Assembly: GCA_951406725.2 (NCBI GenBank)
Contig: OX597818.1
Location: forward strand, 11,408,001-11,472,000
Direction: 5' to 3'
Origin: Octopus vulgaris
Taxonomy: Eukaryota
Length of the DNA: 64,000 nt
Shown here one piece after another: positions 1-14,594 of the stretch. Under the pieces are notes generated by a model. It was not told the DNA's origin. It ran no database searches and saw only the letters and a list, made by a program, of their open reading frames with translations. Position numbers and translations under genes: made by a program. Positions within the stretch are counted from its first letter, which is position 1, and every line of letters begins with the position of its first letter.

Positions 1-4
1 TGTA

Positions 5-47
<43 letters not shown>

Positions 48-1827
48 TATGCATTTATAATATATATGTATGTATATTATGTATGCATACATATTAATGA
101 ATATGCGTGCATATCCAATATCAAATATGCACACACATACACATGCACATGTTCACAACTATATAATCAATGAAATTCATACTTGTTAAAGGTAAAGAAA
201 TAGATAAACATGTAACACGGGAAATGAATATTATGTGGTTATAGATTATCACTATATTTCATGCATCATGTGCAGAGGTAGCGGGGAGAGGGGAGGAAGA
301 GGCAATTGCATTTATGTGTGCGAGAAAGAGAACTTTGCTTTTAAACTGAATACATAGCAATAAAATTAATGTTCCAATTTCTCTTAGATAACTTATTTCA
401 GTGATGATCGAATAAAGGAATATGTGTATGTTTGTGTGTGTGAGTGTACACATATTTGGAAATATTGAAAACTCTTACAGCTTGCCATCTCTTCTTCATT
501 GTGCAAGGTGGTTATATTTTGCTGTTTTTCTTTCTTTAGGATATCAACTATATCACATCATTGCCATCGCTTGAAAAAAAGAAATGTTGGCTATCCCAAT
601 TGCCAGTATACTGACTTACAGATGTTACTGGAAAGCATGTGTTCCAATACCTTTGAAACAATACATCTCAAATATATAAGCTGATAATGTTCTGTTATCT
701 TTTCCTTCTATCTTTATATATTTTGAAAATTATTTTCCATCATTGCCCTGGTTTGAATATTGAGCATGATTTATATATATCATCATCAACAGCATTTAAT
801 ATCTATTTTCTATGCTGGCATGGGTTGGATAGCTTGACAGTAACTGGCAAGGCCAGGGGCCACACCAGGTCCCATTGTCTTTTTTGGCTTGGTTTCTATG
901 GCTAGATGTCCTTCTTAATGCCAACCACTCTAGAAAGTGTACTGGGTGCTTTTTATGTAGCACCATTACCAATGGTTTTTACGTGACACCTATACACACA
1001 CAAGCATACTTAAATATAAAATGAACTCTTCCATTAACTTCAATGTATAAGAGCCCAACAGCCTTTTTTTTTTTGCTCTTAGGTACACACACAGATGCCT
1101 TTTTTCAGTAATGAAGGCTTATGTAGAACCAGTCATAGTTTTTTGAATTAGAAGGTTTGTGCAAATGTTTGCCACAAACTCAATGAAAAATATACTTCAG
1201 GCTTTTCTGTTGGAATTCTCCATCTCCTGTGTTAGTTGCTTTCACCACAGTTTAAAATCCAGTTTACCCTGGCAGGCTAAATATGTATTTGGGTACCAAA
1301 CCAGAAATTTCCACATATATTTATGCACATATATCAAATAAATGAATGACCATTGACTCTTGTGAATACTTTTGACAGGTCTTGTTTTTCTTCCTGCAGA
1401 GTGTCCAAAATCTCCCCTACACATCAAGCAGGCATGCTGGGTTATGTGTTACCTGTAGCACTGAAGAGCAATCTGACATTATACTAGGTGGGCCAAAAAT
1501 CACGCAAAAAAAAGTTCGATACACTCTGGAAGTGTCAAAGACATGCTTCAATTTTCCTAAAATTATTGAATAAAATAAATAAAATAATGATGAATACACA
1601 CATACTTGTACATGAATAACAAAATTAATAATAATAATAATAGCATAATATTAAAAAAATGTCAAATGTTTTGGTGCGTAACTTTTAGCCTATGTTGTAT
1701 AGATGTGTGTATTTATATTTGGCATAGACATTCCCCTGTGACTTTAAGCTTTATGATTGCTCAATCTATTGGGCAATGCTTAACTTTCATAGAAACCTAC
1801 TATAATCCAAGATTGCACTAGAGCCTT

Positions 1828-2560
1828 ATCATTATCACTATTTATTTGTATGTTTTCTTTGCTGGTATGAATTGGATAGTTTGACAAGAATAGGCAAGTC
1901 AGAAGACTGTGCCAAGCTCTACTATCTGTTTTGTCATGGTTTTTTAGGTGGATGCCCTTCCAAACACCAATCACTTTAGAAAGTGTACTGGGTGCTTTTT
2001 ATGTGGCACCAGCATCAGTGAGGTCACCAAGTAACTTGCAAGACAAGACCCTCAGTAGAGTGGGGAGCAGTATTGAGTGAAGTGGCTATGCACCAGGAGA
2101 CTATAGATTTGAGAGTTTGAATTGAGGGACAGCAATGAATGTCTTGCAGTTTAGAAGACACATGGTTACCTCAGCAGGGGAGAGAGAAGAGAGAATGGGA
2201 GAGATGAGGAAGATGTGATGGGGGTGGTATACACTCAAGTTATAGAGGTTTTATGTGGTGGAGCCAAGAATTAGATAAGGTGAGTGGATAAGTTCGTGAA
2301 ATTGCAGAGGGAGGGTGGAAGGCGGAGGGAGAGAGTGTTAGGAAGATATGTTGTGGGGAAGGGATTCAGTAGACACACATTGTGTGCAGGCAGGTTTGTG
2401 TGGTGTGACGGGGAAAATGGGAGATACAAGGGATAGGCGAACATGATGAGTGGTGAACATTAAGGATGGAGGTGTTAGGAATATAGGTTGTGAGGGATAG
2501 ATTTGTCAGGGACAGATTGTGTGTGTAAGGGCATAGAGGTTAGTTAACATAAGTCAACCT
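1828..2560 (-). repeat. Retroelement-derived repeat (RTE-type 3' tail plus purine-rich extension)
   Basis: Collinear with 52612-53330 (GGATGCCCTTC...CCACTTTA...GTGTACTGG, GTCTTGC...AAGA.ACATGG.TACC). Tail-only copies at about 780-990, 15180-15345, 25575-25930, 48525-48725 and 62872-62975. Confidence 0.7.
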
Positions 2561-5500
2561 GTAATAGGTAGTAATTTCATAACTGAAAATAACATTTTTT
2601 ATAAGGGAAGAAACAAAATATTTGACCTATGCCATCAGTTGTTCTTGGTCAAAGCTTCATTCAACAAAAGTGAATGAAAGTGAACCATCTTCTTTTAAAT
2701 ATAATCAAGGTCATAAATAGCATAAATTTGAACTCAATGTTTTATATCAAGTTTCTTGGTACTCCCAGTAGTACATAGTGCACATAAGGCAATGCATTTC
2801 TTAATGCAAGTGAGAGACACTTCTGGACTTCTTTGTTGGAGTCAGTATTTTGTTTAAATTTCAACTTCATTTTATGTGTCAAATGTTATGGAGCCTCATA
2901 TATCTGTCATAAGTTCATTCAGTCTGCATTTCAAGTTTCACTGATACAGGAATAGTTCTAAAACTTAAGTTTGCAATTCTTTGCATTGAGTCATAGCCAG
3001 AAGATTTCTTCTGAAAAATTACCTTTCTGTTTTGATGGTTTGATGACACAGAAAGGCATGAGGTTAGCATACTTTTATCACCACTGTATTGATTTTTTTA
3101 CAATTGTGGAATACAGACAAGCAGGTTTCAAATGTTTGTATCATAATAATATCAGTGTGTATGTATGTATGCATGTACGTACATATATATACATACATAC
3201 TTACGTGCACACACCTAAATGTTTTGTGTTCCATTCATTTTATGTCTATTTTTCCATGCTTACATGGGTTAGGTGAATATCATTTAAGATATTGCTGTAC
3301 AGCTGGATACTCTTCCTGGTGCTAAGCTTTACTTTCCAAGTAATGGATCACTTATTCTACATGGCTTCGAAGACATGCAGTACCAAAAGTATTCCACTGC
3401 ACTTACATACAAACACACTTCTGTTTGCTGATATAAGCAAACATATGCATACACATACATATATTATTGTCATCATTTTACAACTTCTGCTGATTGATAA
3501 AACATATAGAAACTCATATATTGTTCCTGTTTGTCCTAATTTTTGTGTGTGTGTGTGTGTGTGACAGTCTTGTTCCAGGTTCTGTCTGCCAAATCCAATC
3601 TCATGGATTTGGTCAGCCTAGGGTTATAGCTAGTAGAAAATACTTGCCAACATGTTGTATAGTGTGATTGAACTTGGAACTATATGGTTAGGGAATGAAC
3701 TTATCAACCACACAGACATATTATGGCAAAAGATGGTGGTATTGAGACATAGGGAGAATAAAGTAGTCATTCCGTATTCAAGTCACTGAATAATCAGAAA
3801 CAATTTTTTATACTTTTCTGTTTAATATTCATATTCAATAGCAGAAATATGAAACAAAATTAATGAAACCCTGTAAAAAATAGTGATAGCTTCAGGCTTT
3901 GCTTTCATTATTTAAGAGAAATAAATAATTTTATAATTACAATCATAGATTTTAGTACATTATTTTAGAAGTAACTACAGCAACAACATCAGGAAGGAAA
4001 TGTAATTACTGCAAACCTATTTTTAGTAGAATATCTGTTCACTAAATCATGTGTTTAAAGCTAAATTAATGAAAAATACAATTGTCTAAATTTTTAAATG
4101 TATTTCAACAATGCCAGTCTGTAGTAATGGTTCCCAAATTTCTTTAAACAGATTTAGGCAGTCTTATTAGTGAAACTTCTATTTCTTGTGCACTTATACA
4201 GTGTATATTAGAATGTAAGGCCTAACTCTTGTGTATTAAACAATGGTGAGAATAGATAGATTGGTAGCTGCTATCTTACAGGTTTTCATTTCAAATTGTT
4301 GGAGGGTTATTTTTTTATTGAAATTCTGTACATAATTCTGCTTGCTATGGTTCATCTAGCTATTAGAAATACATAAACTTACTGGGAATCTCCCTTGCAA
4401 TTGATAATTGATTAGTATTTTATCCAGGTAAAAGATTTATCCCTCATTCATTGAAAGCCTTGAATGTATGGCTATATACAGATCATTATACTAAGATGAT
4501 GCTCTTACAACATGAAATTAAAAATACTGAGGAAACCTTTTTCAGGCCCAGATATTCTACTTGTTTTATGTTTAAACATGCCTATTCAGCCTCTCACACT
4601 TACCTATAATATCCTTCTAAAAATAAACTATCACATCATCAAAATCTCAAATCTACAAGTTAATGCATGATTAATTCAAAACAATGTGAATCAATAAGCA
4701 TAGAGAAAGCTAAATACTGAAGGCTCAATTTCGTAAAGTTTGCAAATTTGCATAAGTTTGTATGCCATGTAGAGAGTAAAACTCTGTTGAAGAGAACCTC
4801 TTTCTTTTTTTTAAATATTTATGGTTGCACTGAGGACTTTGATCATCAATATGCACCTCAAGCCATGGCTTACAAACTTATCAAAAAAATCCTTTATTAA
4901 AGGATTTTTACAAACACAAACCATTTTCATTGGACTGGTTTTTATTTGCATTTTTATACATATACAGACATATTTGAATAAACTTGTAATGTACATAGTA
5001 GCCAATGTAAGAAATGATGACAGTTAAATTTTACTGGGAGATTATCTGCTAAGAATAGGAAGATTAAGTGGTTATCAAAGTATTAACTATATTATCATAA
5101 ATTAAATATGGAAAATACTGTCTTGACTTCTGATCAGACATGATTGGATACATCTACGATTTAAGCATTCCAGCTATAACCAATCCTATCCTCTTTTTTC
5201 CTTCTTTCTACCAAGCTTAGTGAATCTAGGACCAAATTATCCAATATCTCCCTCCATTTTAAAGATGTGATTTCAGGAAGATTTGGCTTTCATTTCTTTG
5301 TATAGAATATGTTTTCTGTAGGTTGCAGGAAATGGACATAATAAAGAAGCTTGGTTCATTGGTAAAGCTTCAATATACCATCCTTAAGATGGCTATGTTT
5401 TTATCTAGATCCATGCTTCTATCAGCTTTTCATTGTCTTTATACAGACTGGTATGTATGTGTATATATATATATATATATATATCATTTGTGTGTGTATT

Positions 5501-5872
5501 TCCATAAGTACCCAAAAGCTCTAACTTTAGCTGAGATATTCTAACTGGAATATCATCTATTGTCATATTCTCTGCTACTTTCATATCAGGCTAGATACAG
5601 CATATCAAGTTTAGACATGAGCTAAAACAGGGCAAAAGGAATATAAAGGAATGAACCAGAGGATCATTGCAAGAAACATTTGTTGAACATCTGATTGTAA
5701 CAACACTGCATCAGTCAGGCTTATAGTGTATGCTACTTTAGTTCTCCAAGCCACTCCTACTTTCATCTCTCAGTCCATAGGATTACACAATTCCATGGGC
5801 TTTGTCAGAAATAATAGTTAATCTTCCATATGCACACAGCTGCCCCATCTGATATCAATAACTGACTTCCTT

Positions 5873-6086
5873 AAGGCAGCAAGCTGGCAGAATTGTTAGC
5901 ACGCCGGGCAACATGCTTAGCAGCATTTTGTCTGTCTTCACTTTCTGAGTTCAAATTCTGCTAAGGTCAACTTTGCCTTTCATTCTTTCAGGATTGATAA
6001 AATAAGTACCAGTCAAACACTGGGGTTTATGTAATCAACTTAACCCCTCCTCAGAACTTGCTGGCCTTGTGCAAAACTTTGAAACC
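5873..6086 (+). mobile_element. tRNA-derived SINE, family 1
   Basis: AAGGCAGCAAGCTGGCAGAA (A-box-like), GAGTTCAAATTC (B-box-like), 3' end GGCCTTGTGC...TTTGAAACC; TSD-like ctgacttcctt / ctgattttcctt. Confidence 0.85.
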
Positions 6087-9000
6087 TGTATCTGATTTTC
6101 CTTCCTCTAAAACAACCCCCTCCCCCACACACATACAAGCTGGTAAACACCTGCACATGCACTTCACTTTCCTTACACTGCCTATACACTCACACCTACT
6201 ACATTAACCCAGTCACCACTTGCCCAAACTCACATACTGTCCTGTCTTGTTCATGCCATTCACATAGTATCATACCTTTTTTCATACCACCACATTTATT
6301 CTTTGCTGTTATGCACATACACATGCAACACTTCACTCTCTCTTTCTCTCTCTCTCTCTCTATCTCTCACACACACACACTTTATTACACTCCCACACTT
6401 ATCGTGTTCATTTCTCTAAGTGCACATTTGCTCTTTTAGCTGAAAACAACGATGAGCTCAGGCAAAAATAATGATGCATCCAATGAACGTGCTCAGCACT
6501 TATATTCACAGGAAGCTTGTTGAACAGGTATAATCAATGGGTGGGGGTGTCACATATACCACTAAACATACACTATTACACTCACAAATATGCACACACA
6601 CACACCATGAACAGATGATTGCTCTACCTGATGGAAATAGTAGCCAAATCTTTCTTAAATTACTACTTACCATTTTGAAAAGGGAAGGATACATTGGATA
6701 ATGTAATCTTTGACTTTTAATGTTTGAGGAAAAGACAAGGTAGTTAAAGCTGTTATTCCTTTGTCCATAGGTTTTCTTGATCAGCCAAAACAAACAAAAA
6801 TGAATAAAAAGAGAGTGAAAGTAGATCTCAGCAATAGATGCAAGTCTGTGTTAAAAGATTGTTTTTGAAAGTAATTTTAGAGCTGATAGTTTTCTTTGTA
6901 CACTTATATGCATCATTCATACACTTCATTGCTGCTTTTACACAAGTATTAATCAGTGCTGCTTGTAGTCGTTTGTTTAAAAGCTGGTTTGTATTTCAAT
7001 TTTTAACTGGGTCTTCTTTTGGTTTTAGTCTCAAGTATCTTTGTTATAGTCCTTAGTCTTTCAATGTAACTGCTTTGGCAGCTGCAACCAAAGCATATTT
7101 CAGGAGAATCTGTGCTTAGCCAATAGCATATTGCTTACTTGTTTTGTTAATTTTATTGCACTTATAAACTCACCAATTCCCTATAGAAAATCTGAAATCT
7201 TTTGAAGTTACTAAAAACCTGCAAACGAATGATTTCCTTTCACCAAACAATCTATTACAAGAAGTTGGTTGGTAAGTGAACAAATAGGAAACCAATTTGT
7301 GTGAATTTGTGCGTGACTGTTTGTGTGTAACTATGTGTGATGCATTATTTTCTTCATATTTTATAATTTTAATAAAAACCAACTTTTATGTTTTATAATA
7401 AAAAAAAAGTTCTTACAGAATTTTTATGAGGATTTCATTTTATTGATGCTTTATTTGTTTTTGATCATGATTTATTGTTTGTTTTTTACTATTAAAAAGA
7501 ATATTATAGAAATAAATTTAGTTTTTTAAAAATTCATATATTGACAACTTAGATTAAGTTTAGCTATGAGCTGAAAATTTTTCCATAATTCCTTAAGCTT
7601 TGAAATGGTGCCATAGCATAGCAGCAGCTCAGTAACTTAACCAGTAAAAGAATAAAAATGTATCAGCCAATACTCATATCAGTGATAGTCATTGCACCTA
7701 GTGTAGACATTTGAAATCTTGAAACATGGTAGAAAGTGTCAAATTTTACTCCCTTTGTTACAGAACAGACAAGAAGCTACATGCTCTATAATCAAAACGT
7801 TGTCATTAAAGTGATAATATCTTTCTGTATAAGGTTTTATTATAAAGAGGCACGACTACATTGACTTCAATGGCAATTTTGCATAATTTGGGATTTTAAC
7901 AGAATAGAAACATTACTTTGACATGTTATCTCTTCTCAATGACTTACAAGAAAGCCCAACTTCGGCATTTTTATCTAGCAAGAGTATTGATTTACAATCA
8001 GAAAATAAACCTAAAATGGCAGTGTTACTAGTTACTTTACTTGCTAAGATATGAACCTCATGGTTGTGCTTTTTTACTTTTACAGTCATTAAAGAACACC
8101 ATTATATTTTCTGCTATTGGAATCATAACAAGTTTCTCCTTAAATTATCTATATTTCAGATTTTATCTCTCCCTCCTTCCCGCACTTCCTCTCTCTCTCT
8201 CACACACACACACTCACTGAAACCTGTGGTGGTAGTGGTGGCTCTAGTTGGTTGCTCATCCTACTAGAAATAACTGCAAAATCCTCTCTCAAATCTTACC
8301 TTACTCTCTTGGAAAAACACACTGTACAATTTTGGCCTGGGTTCTCTACAACTATGAAAAGGAAGGGACAGTCATGGTTAAATTGTTATTGATCTTAGAC
8401 CAATTTGATTGATGGCTAACTTTGAGCTAAATAACAAAAGCTATAAAGTGAAATAGTTGATGCAGGTATCAATCACAACAGATTAAATTACATCATGTCA
8501 GATGTACTTATGTTCTTCACTTTTCAGCATCTTTATGTTACATGTATGACATCATTGTTCATCCATCTATACAGATCAGGACTATGTCATTATATGTTGG
8601 CTTAAAGAAATTTTCCATGCTAATGGACTTTCATTTTGAACTTTCTCAGTTCCCATTTTTCAGCTTGTCTACTCCTAGCTTGCTCAGATATTATGGTCCC
8701 TTTCTTGATGAAGCACTGCCAGGTAGAGGTCTCACTTATGTGGTACTTCCATGTCTCTGAATGAATACAAAATAATTTAAAGAGGATTTGAGATTACTTC
8801 TAATGCATTGGAGTTGCTCATCTTGTATCAGTAAGATACACTATATCTAGAAAACAAATAAAATGATCAAAACTGGAAAACCTTTTATCATAAGGACTGA
8901 CTTGGACTGATCAACAATATCACCTAACAGAAAAACCTCTATGAATTTACTTGACCAGCTAGAAGTAGCAACTAGCCATCTCTCTCTCATATAACTCTAT

Positions 9001-9469
9001 ACCATCCTAAAAAGGCAAGGATGCACTGTCTTGAGTGCATATACTATGAGTAAAGAAGAATCAGGTTGGTCAAGATTAGAATGGCATTCAGTCATATGAT
9101 CTGCTTGATCTAGGTTGACATCAGATTAAATGTCAACAATATTCGATGACTAAATTCTGTTCTTTGATTTGTTGTTTAACTCCAGGTCAACCCTGATCAA
9201 CTGACACATGGTCAAATATCATTTTAACTGTTTATATCTAAGCTTTTTTCTTGATATAATATATCAAAGACTACATTGTGCAATATATGCAATGTTTTTT
9301 TAAGGCAATAATGCATAAGATTTAAAAATTTGGCTGTTATTGCTAGCCAATCAAACACCCATATAGAAGCTCTCTTCATCAGCTCATGTACTAAAATATT
9401 TGTTGCTAAGCTTCTCAAACCTGATTAAGCAGACATATTATCAAATATCTAGGATTCCATTATCTAGTG

Positions 9470-9729
9470 CAGTGATTCTCAGCCAGGGTCTACATGACCC
9501 TTGAGGGTCCATATAAGATTTTGTCATTAAAGTTTATGTACAATAAATTAGTTATACTTCTGTAATACACAGAATATTTCAACAATTTTTTTTTATACAA
9601 TTCATAATAATATTTAATTATAAACATATATCAAGATTTTTTTAAACATCAAATGGTTTTGAGGGTCTATTTGAGTGAAATAGGAATCAAGTGGTGAGGT
9701 CCATAGGAAAAGTTGGTTGAGAACCACTG
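9470..9729. mobile_element. hAT (Charlie-like) MITE
   Basis: TIRs CAGTGATTCTCAGCC / GGTTGAGAACCACTG; 8-bp TSD ATCTAGTG / ATCTAGTT. Confidence 0.88.
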
Positions 9730-11277
9730 ATCTAGTTAATTTGAAGGAAATTTGGCTATCTTCTAACCAGTTGAGTAACCATGTAGAAGCACTTTCTTTG
9801 GATTGTTACTGTAAAATGTTATTCATAGACATTTCCCTTATTTCATATATAACTGTTTAACATTGACTGTCATATGTAGATTGTTGTTGTTATTATTGAG
9901 TCTCAGATTAGCCCTCATCAAGTAGAGTTATGATCAAAACTATTCCAGTCTTTATTATCTCATCCTTCTTTTGTGGATTGTATGTAAGTATTTTTCAATG
10001 TTTCCTTTTTTTTTTTTCAAAAATAATTGGATTGGATTTGAGTAAGATCTGGGTGCCTTCTCTAGCAGGTTGAAAAAAAAACATACAGTCTCAGTGACTC
10101 AGGTTCCATTGTTAGTTCATATCTCCTTATCTCCTGATCTCAAATCCCTTCAATAACTTGGGTCACTTTATTGGCTCTAGTATCTTCATTGGCTCATGTC
10201 CCCATATACACCTAGCTGTCCTCATTGATTCAGATTCTCTCAATGGTTGATTATGTGCAATTTGTAAAAAAAAAAATAAGTGAATACCTTCTCATTTTCT
10301 TAAACCTTCTTTTATTTTGCACTTTAATTTCTAATACTTTATTCTTGTGAAGTAATGTTTATATATATGTATGTGTGTACATGATTATACTCTATAAGAA
10401 TAAAAAAAAAACTAATTTTAGTTTAGAAAAAATGTTTCCTCCAGCAATACTGCTGTGTTTACAAAAAAGCTGATTTTTGCCTATAATTTAAATGTATTTG
10501 CCTATTCCCTCTGGTGCATGCACATACAACATACATAGATGCATACATATATAGACACACACACAAACGTGCATGCACGCATGCACACGTACACACACAT
10601 TCATACTAATTATGATACTGTATATTTATATTAAACACATCCACAGTGTCATGGATATATATGTGGTTGTGTATGTATAAACACTTGGGAACGTATGAAA
10701 GAGCAGATATATATACATATATGTTAATATATAAAATCATACACTTGTATGTGCACATACACACAGTCTCATATGTGGGTGTATAAACATTTGAGAACAT
10801 ATAAAAGAACATACACACACACATATATATACTATATATGGAGAGAGAGATTCATGCATGCACAAATTTGATAATTATACCCACTTTCATTTCACCTCAT
10901 GTGTTTCGTCATTAAACAATGACACGCTGTTAATTATATAATTAGGCTATAATATTAATATCATGTGCAAGTAACAAGTACTAGATGTTCAGTCACAGAT
11001 ATTCTCACATTGAACACACCTGAAAAGTGGTGTGAGAACAGAAATGAAATTTTGTTTCAGGAAAGAATTGCACATGTGTGGAGGTTCAGAAATCTTATTT
11101 CTTTTATGTGGTGTACTGAATTTTTACTTCCTATTTTATTTCTTTACTCAAGACTAATATCTTAGTCTTGAATTATTTATAATTACTTATAATTATTCAT
11201 TGACTCATCTTGTGAATTAAGATGTACTCAATTGAGTTCATGTGAGTCTTTACTGCCACACACATACACACACACAC

Positions 11278-11314
<37 letters not shown>

Positions 11315-11485
11315 CTCTCTCTCTCTCTCTCTCACTCACATACAGAGAATAATAGCTACCACTACCTCAATAAAAGAGAAAGCTCAGTACTATTGTAGAA
11401 TATCAATTTTATTATTGAAGTTCAATTCGTTAGTTTGCCACATAGTAATTTTTGGGGGATTGAGGGATTTCTGAACCAAATAAAT

Positions 11486-11801
11486 TAGTGGTTCTCTTAT
11501 AAGAACCCTTGAGGGTCCATGCAACAAAATAGTAAATTGGGGATCCACAATAGTAATTTAAGGGGCCCTGAAAAAATTTTGCTTTAGATGTATGTATTGG
11601 TGTATTGTAAGAAATAGCTAGGCTTCTTTCGCTGACATTTTACATAGTTCAACTCAAGTTAATGTGGGACTAGCAAAATAGGAATTTTGAAAGAAGTATC
11701 TCTAAAACTAGTTTTTAAACACCGAATGGTTATGGGGGTCCACCAGAGTAAAATAGTAAACAAAGGGGTCCATTGATAAAAAAAATGGTTGGGGACCCCT
11801 G
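11486..11801. mobile_element. hAT (Charlie-like) MITE
   Basis: TAGTGGTTCTC ... GGTTGGGGACCCCTG with a perfect 8-bp TSD AAATAAAT; internal similarity to 26142-26476. Confidence 0.85.
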
Positions 11802-11907
11802 AAATAAATGCATTAAAATCCCAGCTCAAGGCTTTCTACTCAGGATGAAACTACTAACCACTGTGAGCTTTCAAATACCCACAATTACTTTTAGATATAG
11901 ATAGGTG

Positions 11908-12220
11908 AAGGTGCATAGCTTAATGGTTAAGGTATTCAGCTCACAACCATAAGGTCATGAGTTCGATTCCTGGTGACATGTTGTGTCCCTGACAAAAACA
12001 CTTCATTTCACGTTGCTGCACTCCACTCAGCTGACAAAAATGAGTTGTACCTGTAATTCAAAGAGCCAGCCTTGTCACATTCCATATCATGCTGAATCTC
12101 CTTGAGTACTGCATTAAGTGTACATGTGGAGTGCTCAGCCACTTGCATGTTAATTTCACGAGCAGGCAGTTCCGTTGATCAGTTCAACTGGAACACTTGT
12201 CATCATAACCAACAAAGTGC
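11908..12220 (+). mobile_element. tRNA-derived SINE, family 3
   Basis: A box TAGCTTAATGG and B box GAGTTCGATTCC. Related copies at 26585-26902(-), 28830-29160(-) and 63020-63222(-). Confidence 0.82.
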
Positions 12221-13827
12221 AAATATAGATAGGTACATATATTGAGAGATATAGATAGGCGGTATTGTATATAATGTGAGAAATTTAATTAAAATAAACC
12301 TCAGGGTTAAATTTGATGGTTAGCATTATACTTGAATGTGAAAAAAAGTAAAAGGGTTAAACTCTATTACTGACATTTTAGGTACAAAAATTGGGTGTGG
12401 CAATGTGTGTGTGTGTGTGCACACACATACACACACACAAACGTATATGAATATATCTGTGCATGTACACACTCACATAAACACATTTTCCATTACCTGC
12501 ATATTTTCTCCTTGCTGTAAATTATATTATTGAAATGTAAATTGAGAGACCATTTTAGGTCTATGTTTTAACATATGTCAAGTTAAATCCCACTGAGATT
12601 TGAATTCATCCTTCTGGAGTCGTTAAAATAAAATATCACTCAAATCCCGGGATCAATATATTTAGCTGTTTCTTTGTGCCTACATAATAATCATCGTCAT
12701 CATCACCATCGCTACCATCATCATCATCATCATCATCATTATTATTATACAGTGGTGGAGGGATGGTAAATATAATGGAGTGCTCAACATCTCAAAATGT
12801 TTTCAAATTTTACCAAGTCAGCTCTGCCTTTCATCCTTTTGAGATGAATAAAATAAATACCACTCAAACATTAAAGTCAAATTAACCGTCAGCACCCACT
12901 CCACACCAAATAATAATAATAAAAGAATAAAGTCGTTGACTTATGCCTATATTAGAAATTGTTATTGTAATTGTCACTGTTAAATAATAGTATTAGAATA
13001 TAAGCTTTAAATCTTAACCTTGTACCATGTTTACTTTTTTCCCTCTTTCTGGAAATGTTACAACATATAAAGCATTTCTAATACTTATAAATTACTTTAG
13101 AAATCTTAAAGCCAGCTTAATGCCTTCTTAAAGAGGCCAAGGTTTTTAAGCCAAATCGGAATTATTTTATATCTTGCAAGTATATTTAGTTCATTGGGTT
13201 CAAGTAAGCAAAAAGCTAATAAGTGAAGCAAACATGTATGAACTGAATTTAGTAGACTAATTTGGGTAAGCTTCATTGTGGGTCTATTGTTTCCATGTTA
13301 AACTGAAGAAAGCAATTTATAGGTAGTGAATTGTTAGTGTCAGCATGTCCTGCAGTATTCAAATCTGCATTCAAATCCCAGCTCCTATTTTAAATCATAT
13401 GTAAAACATTTATTCACAGGATATTAATATTATCACAGACTATGTTAGTTTTTATTAATACGTTTATATTTTATTGTTTTACATTTATTTATCCATGTTT
13501 TTTTGTTTTGTTTCTTTGAATAATTGTTTTTTTACAGCTGGCTGACCTTTCTATTCTTATGATTCAACTGAACTAAAAATGGTGCCTTTGGTTTTTGTTT
13601 TGTCTGACAAATTGGACTTAGCAAAGCTAGATGCCTTACTCAAAATATAAACAATAGATGGAGTAAAATCTGAGTTTATGATTCAACCCTTACAAAAGAA
13701 TGAAAACTATCAAATTACTAACATTGAATATCATTTATTGTAATTCACAATGTGTTTTGAATTGTTTATATTTTTTCTGTCTCTGATTGAAAATTACCTG
13801 TTTTATCCTTTTTATTTTGATCTGTAG

Positions 13828-14014
13828 GGTTCCCAGAGTGCATTTCGACCAATCAATCAAGGATATGGTCATCATGGTGGGAGTGGATCAAGTGATAGTT
13901 GCTTGAAACCAGACATGGGAAGTAGTGACACTGATAATAGTAGACCAAATACAGACATCCTTATGGATCACGAGATAGCCAGTCCTGGTAGTGACAGCGG
14001 AAGTTATACAGCAG
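13828..14014 (+). CDS. robo: Roundabout (Robo) receptor, cytoplasmic coding exon A (between CC1 and CC2)
   Basis: Acceptor tttgatctgtAG|GGT and donor GCAG|GTTAGT. The 187 nt read open as GSQSAFRPINQGYGHHGGSGSSDSCLKPDMGSSDTDNSRPNTDILMDHEIASPGSDSGSYTA and end in phase 1, matching the next exon (g+at = D). Not in the ORF track. Confidence 0.85.
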
Positions 14015-14380
14015 GTTAGTCAATACGCTAAAACTTTAAATGTCAAGAACTGTTTTATGGTTATATATTCACTTCTGTTTATCTGAAACATGGTAAAAAT
14101 ATGACTCAATGAGAGAGAGAGAGCATCTAAAATGGTGAATACAAATAGCAGTCAAATCTCCTTCAAAGTAACACCTTACTCTTTAATAGGGAAAGGTACA
14201 CTGGATGAGGTAGCTCTAGAGGAACGTTGTCTAAAATCAAAAAATGGGATGGTCATAGTTAGCATGCTCAAAACATAGTATTCAATCAGAGCTGGCTCAG
14301 GGTAAAATAACAATTACAGAAAAAAAATGAGATATGAGAATGTAGTTATAGTCATTAAGCCAAAATTACTTTTTATGTGT

Positions 14381-14594
14381 AAGGCAGCGAGCTGGCAGAA
14401 TCATTAGCACACTAGGCAAAATGCTTAGTGACATTTCATTCATTGTTATGGTCTGAGTTCAAATTTCACTAAGGCCAACTTTGCCTTTCATCCTCTTGGG
14501 GGTCAATAAAGTAAGTACCAGTTGAACACTGGGGTCAATATAATCAACTTACCCCTCTTCCAAAATTGCTGGCTTTGTGCCAGAATCTAAAACC
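14381..14594 (+). mobile_element. SINE family 1
   Basis: Full copy with TSD-like caaaattactttttatgtg / caaattacttagtatgtg. Confidence 0.85.

Noticed and set aside
4415-4435. CAG|GTAAAA recursive splice-site candidate
   Set aside because: The polypyrimidine tract is short and such motifs are expected by chance in 64 kb.
6455-6480. CGATGA-GCTCAGGC-AAAA hammerhead-like string
   Set aside because: Both core boxes are defective and stems I and III are absent.
11908-11975. tRNA-like A/B boxes as a possible tRNA gene
   Set aside because: The sequence continues into a multi-copy SINE body and no complete cloverleaf is evident.
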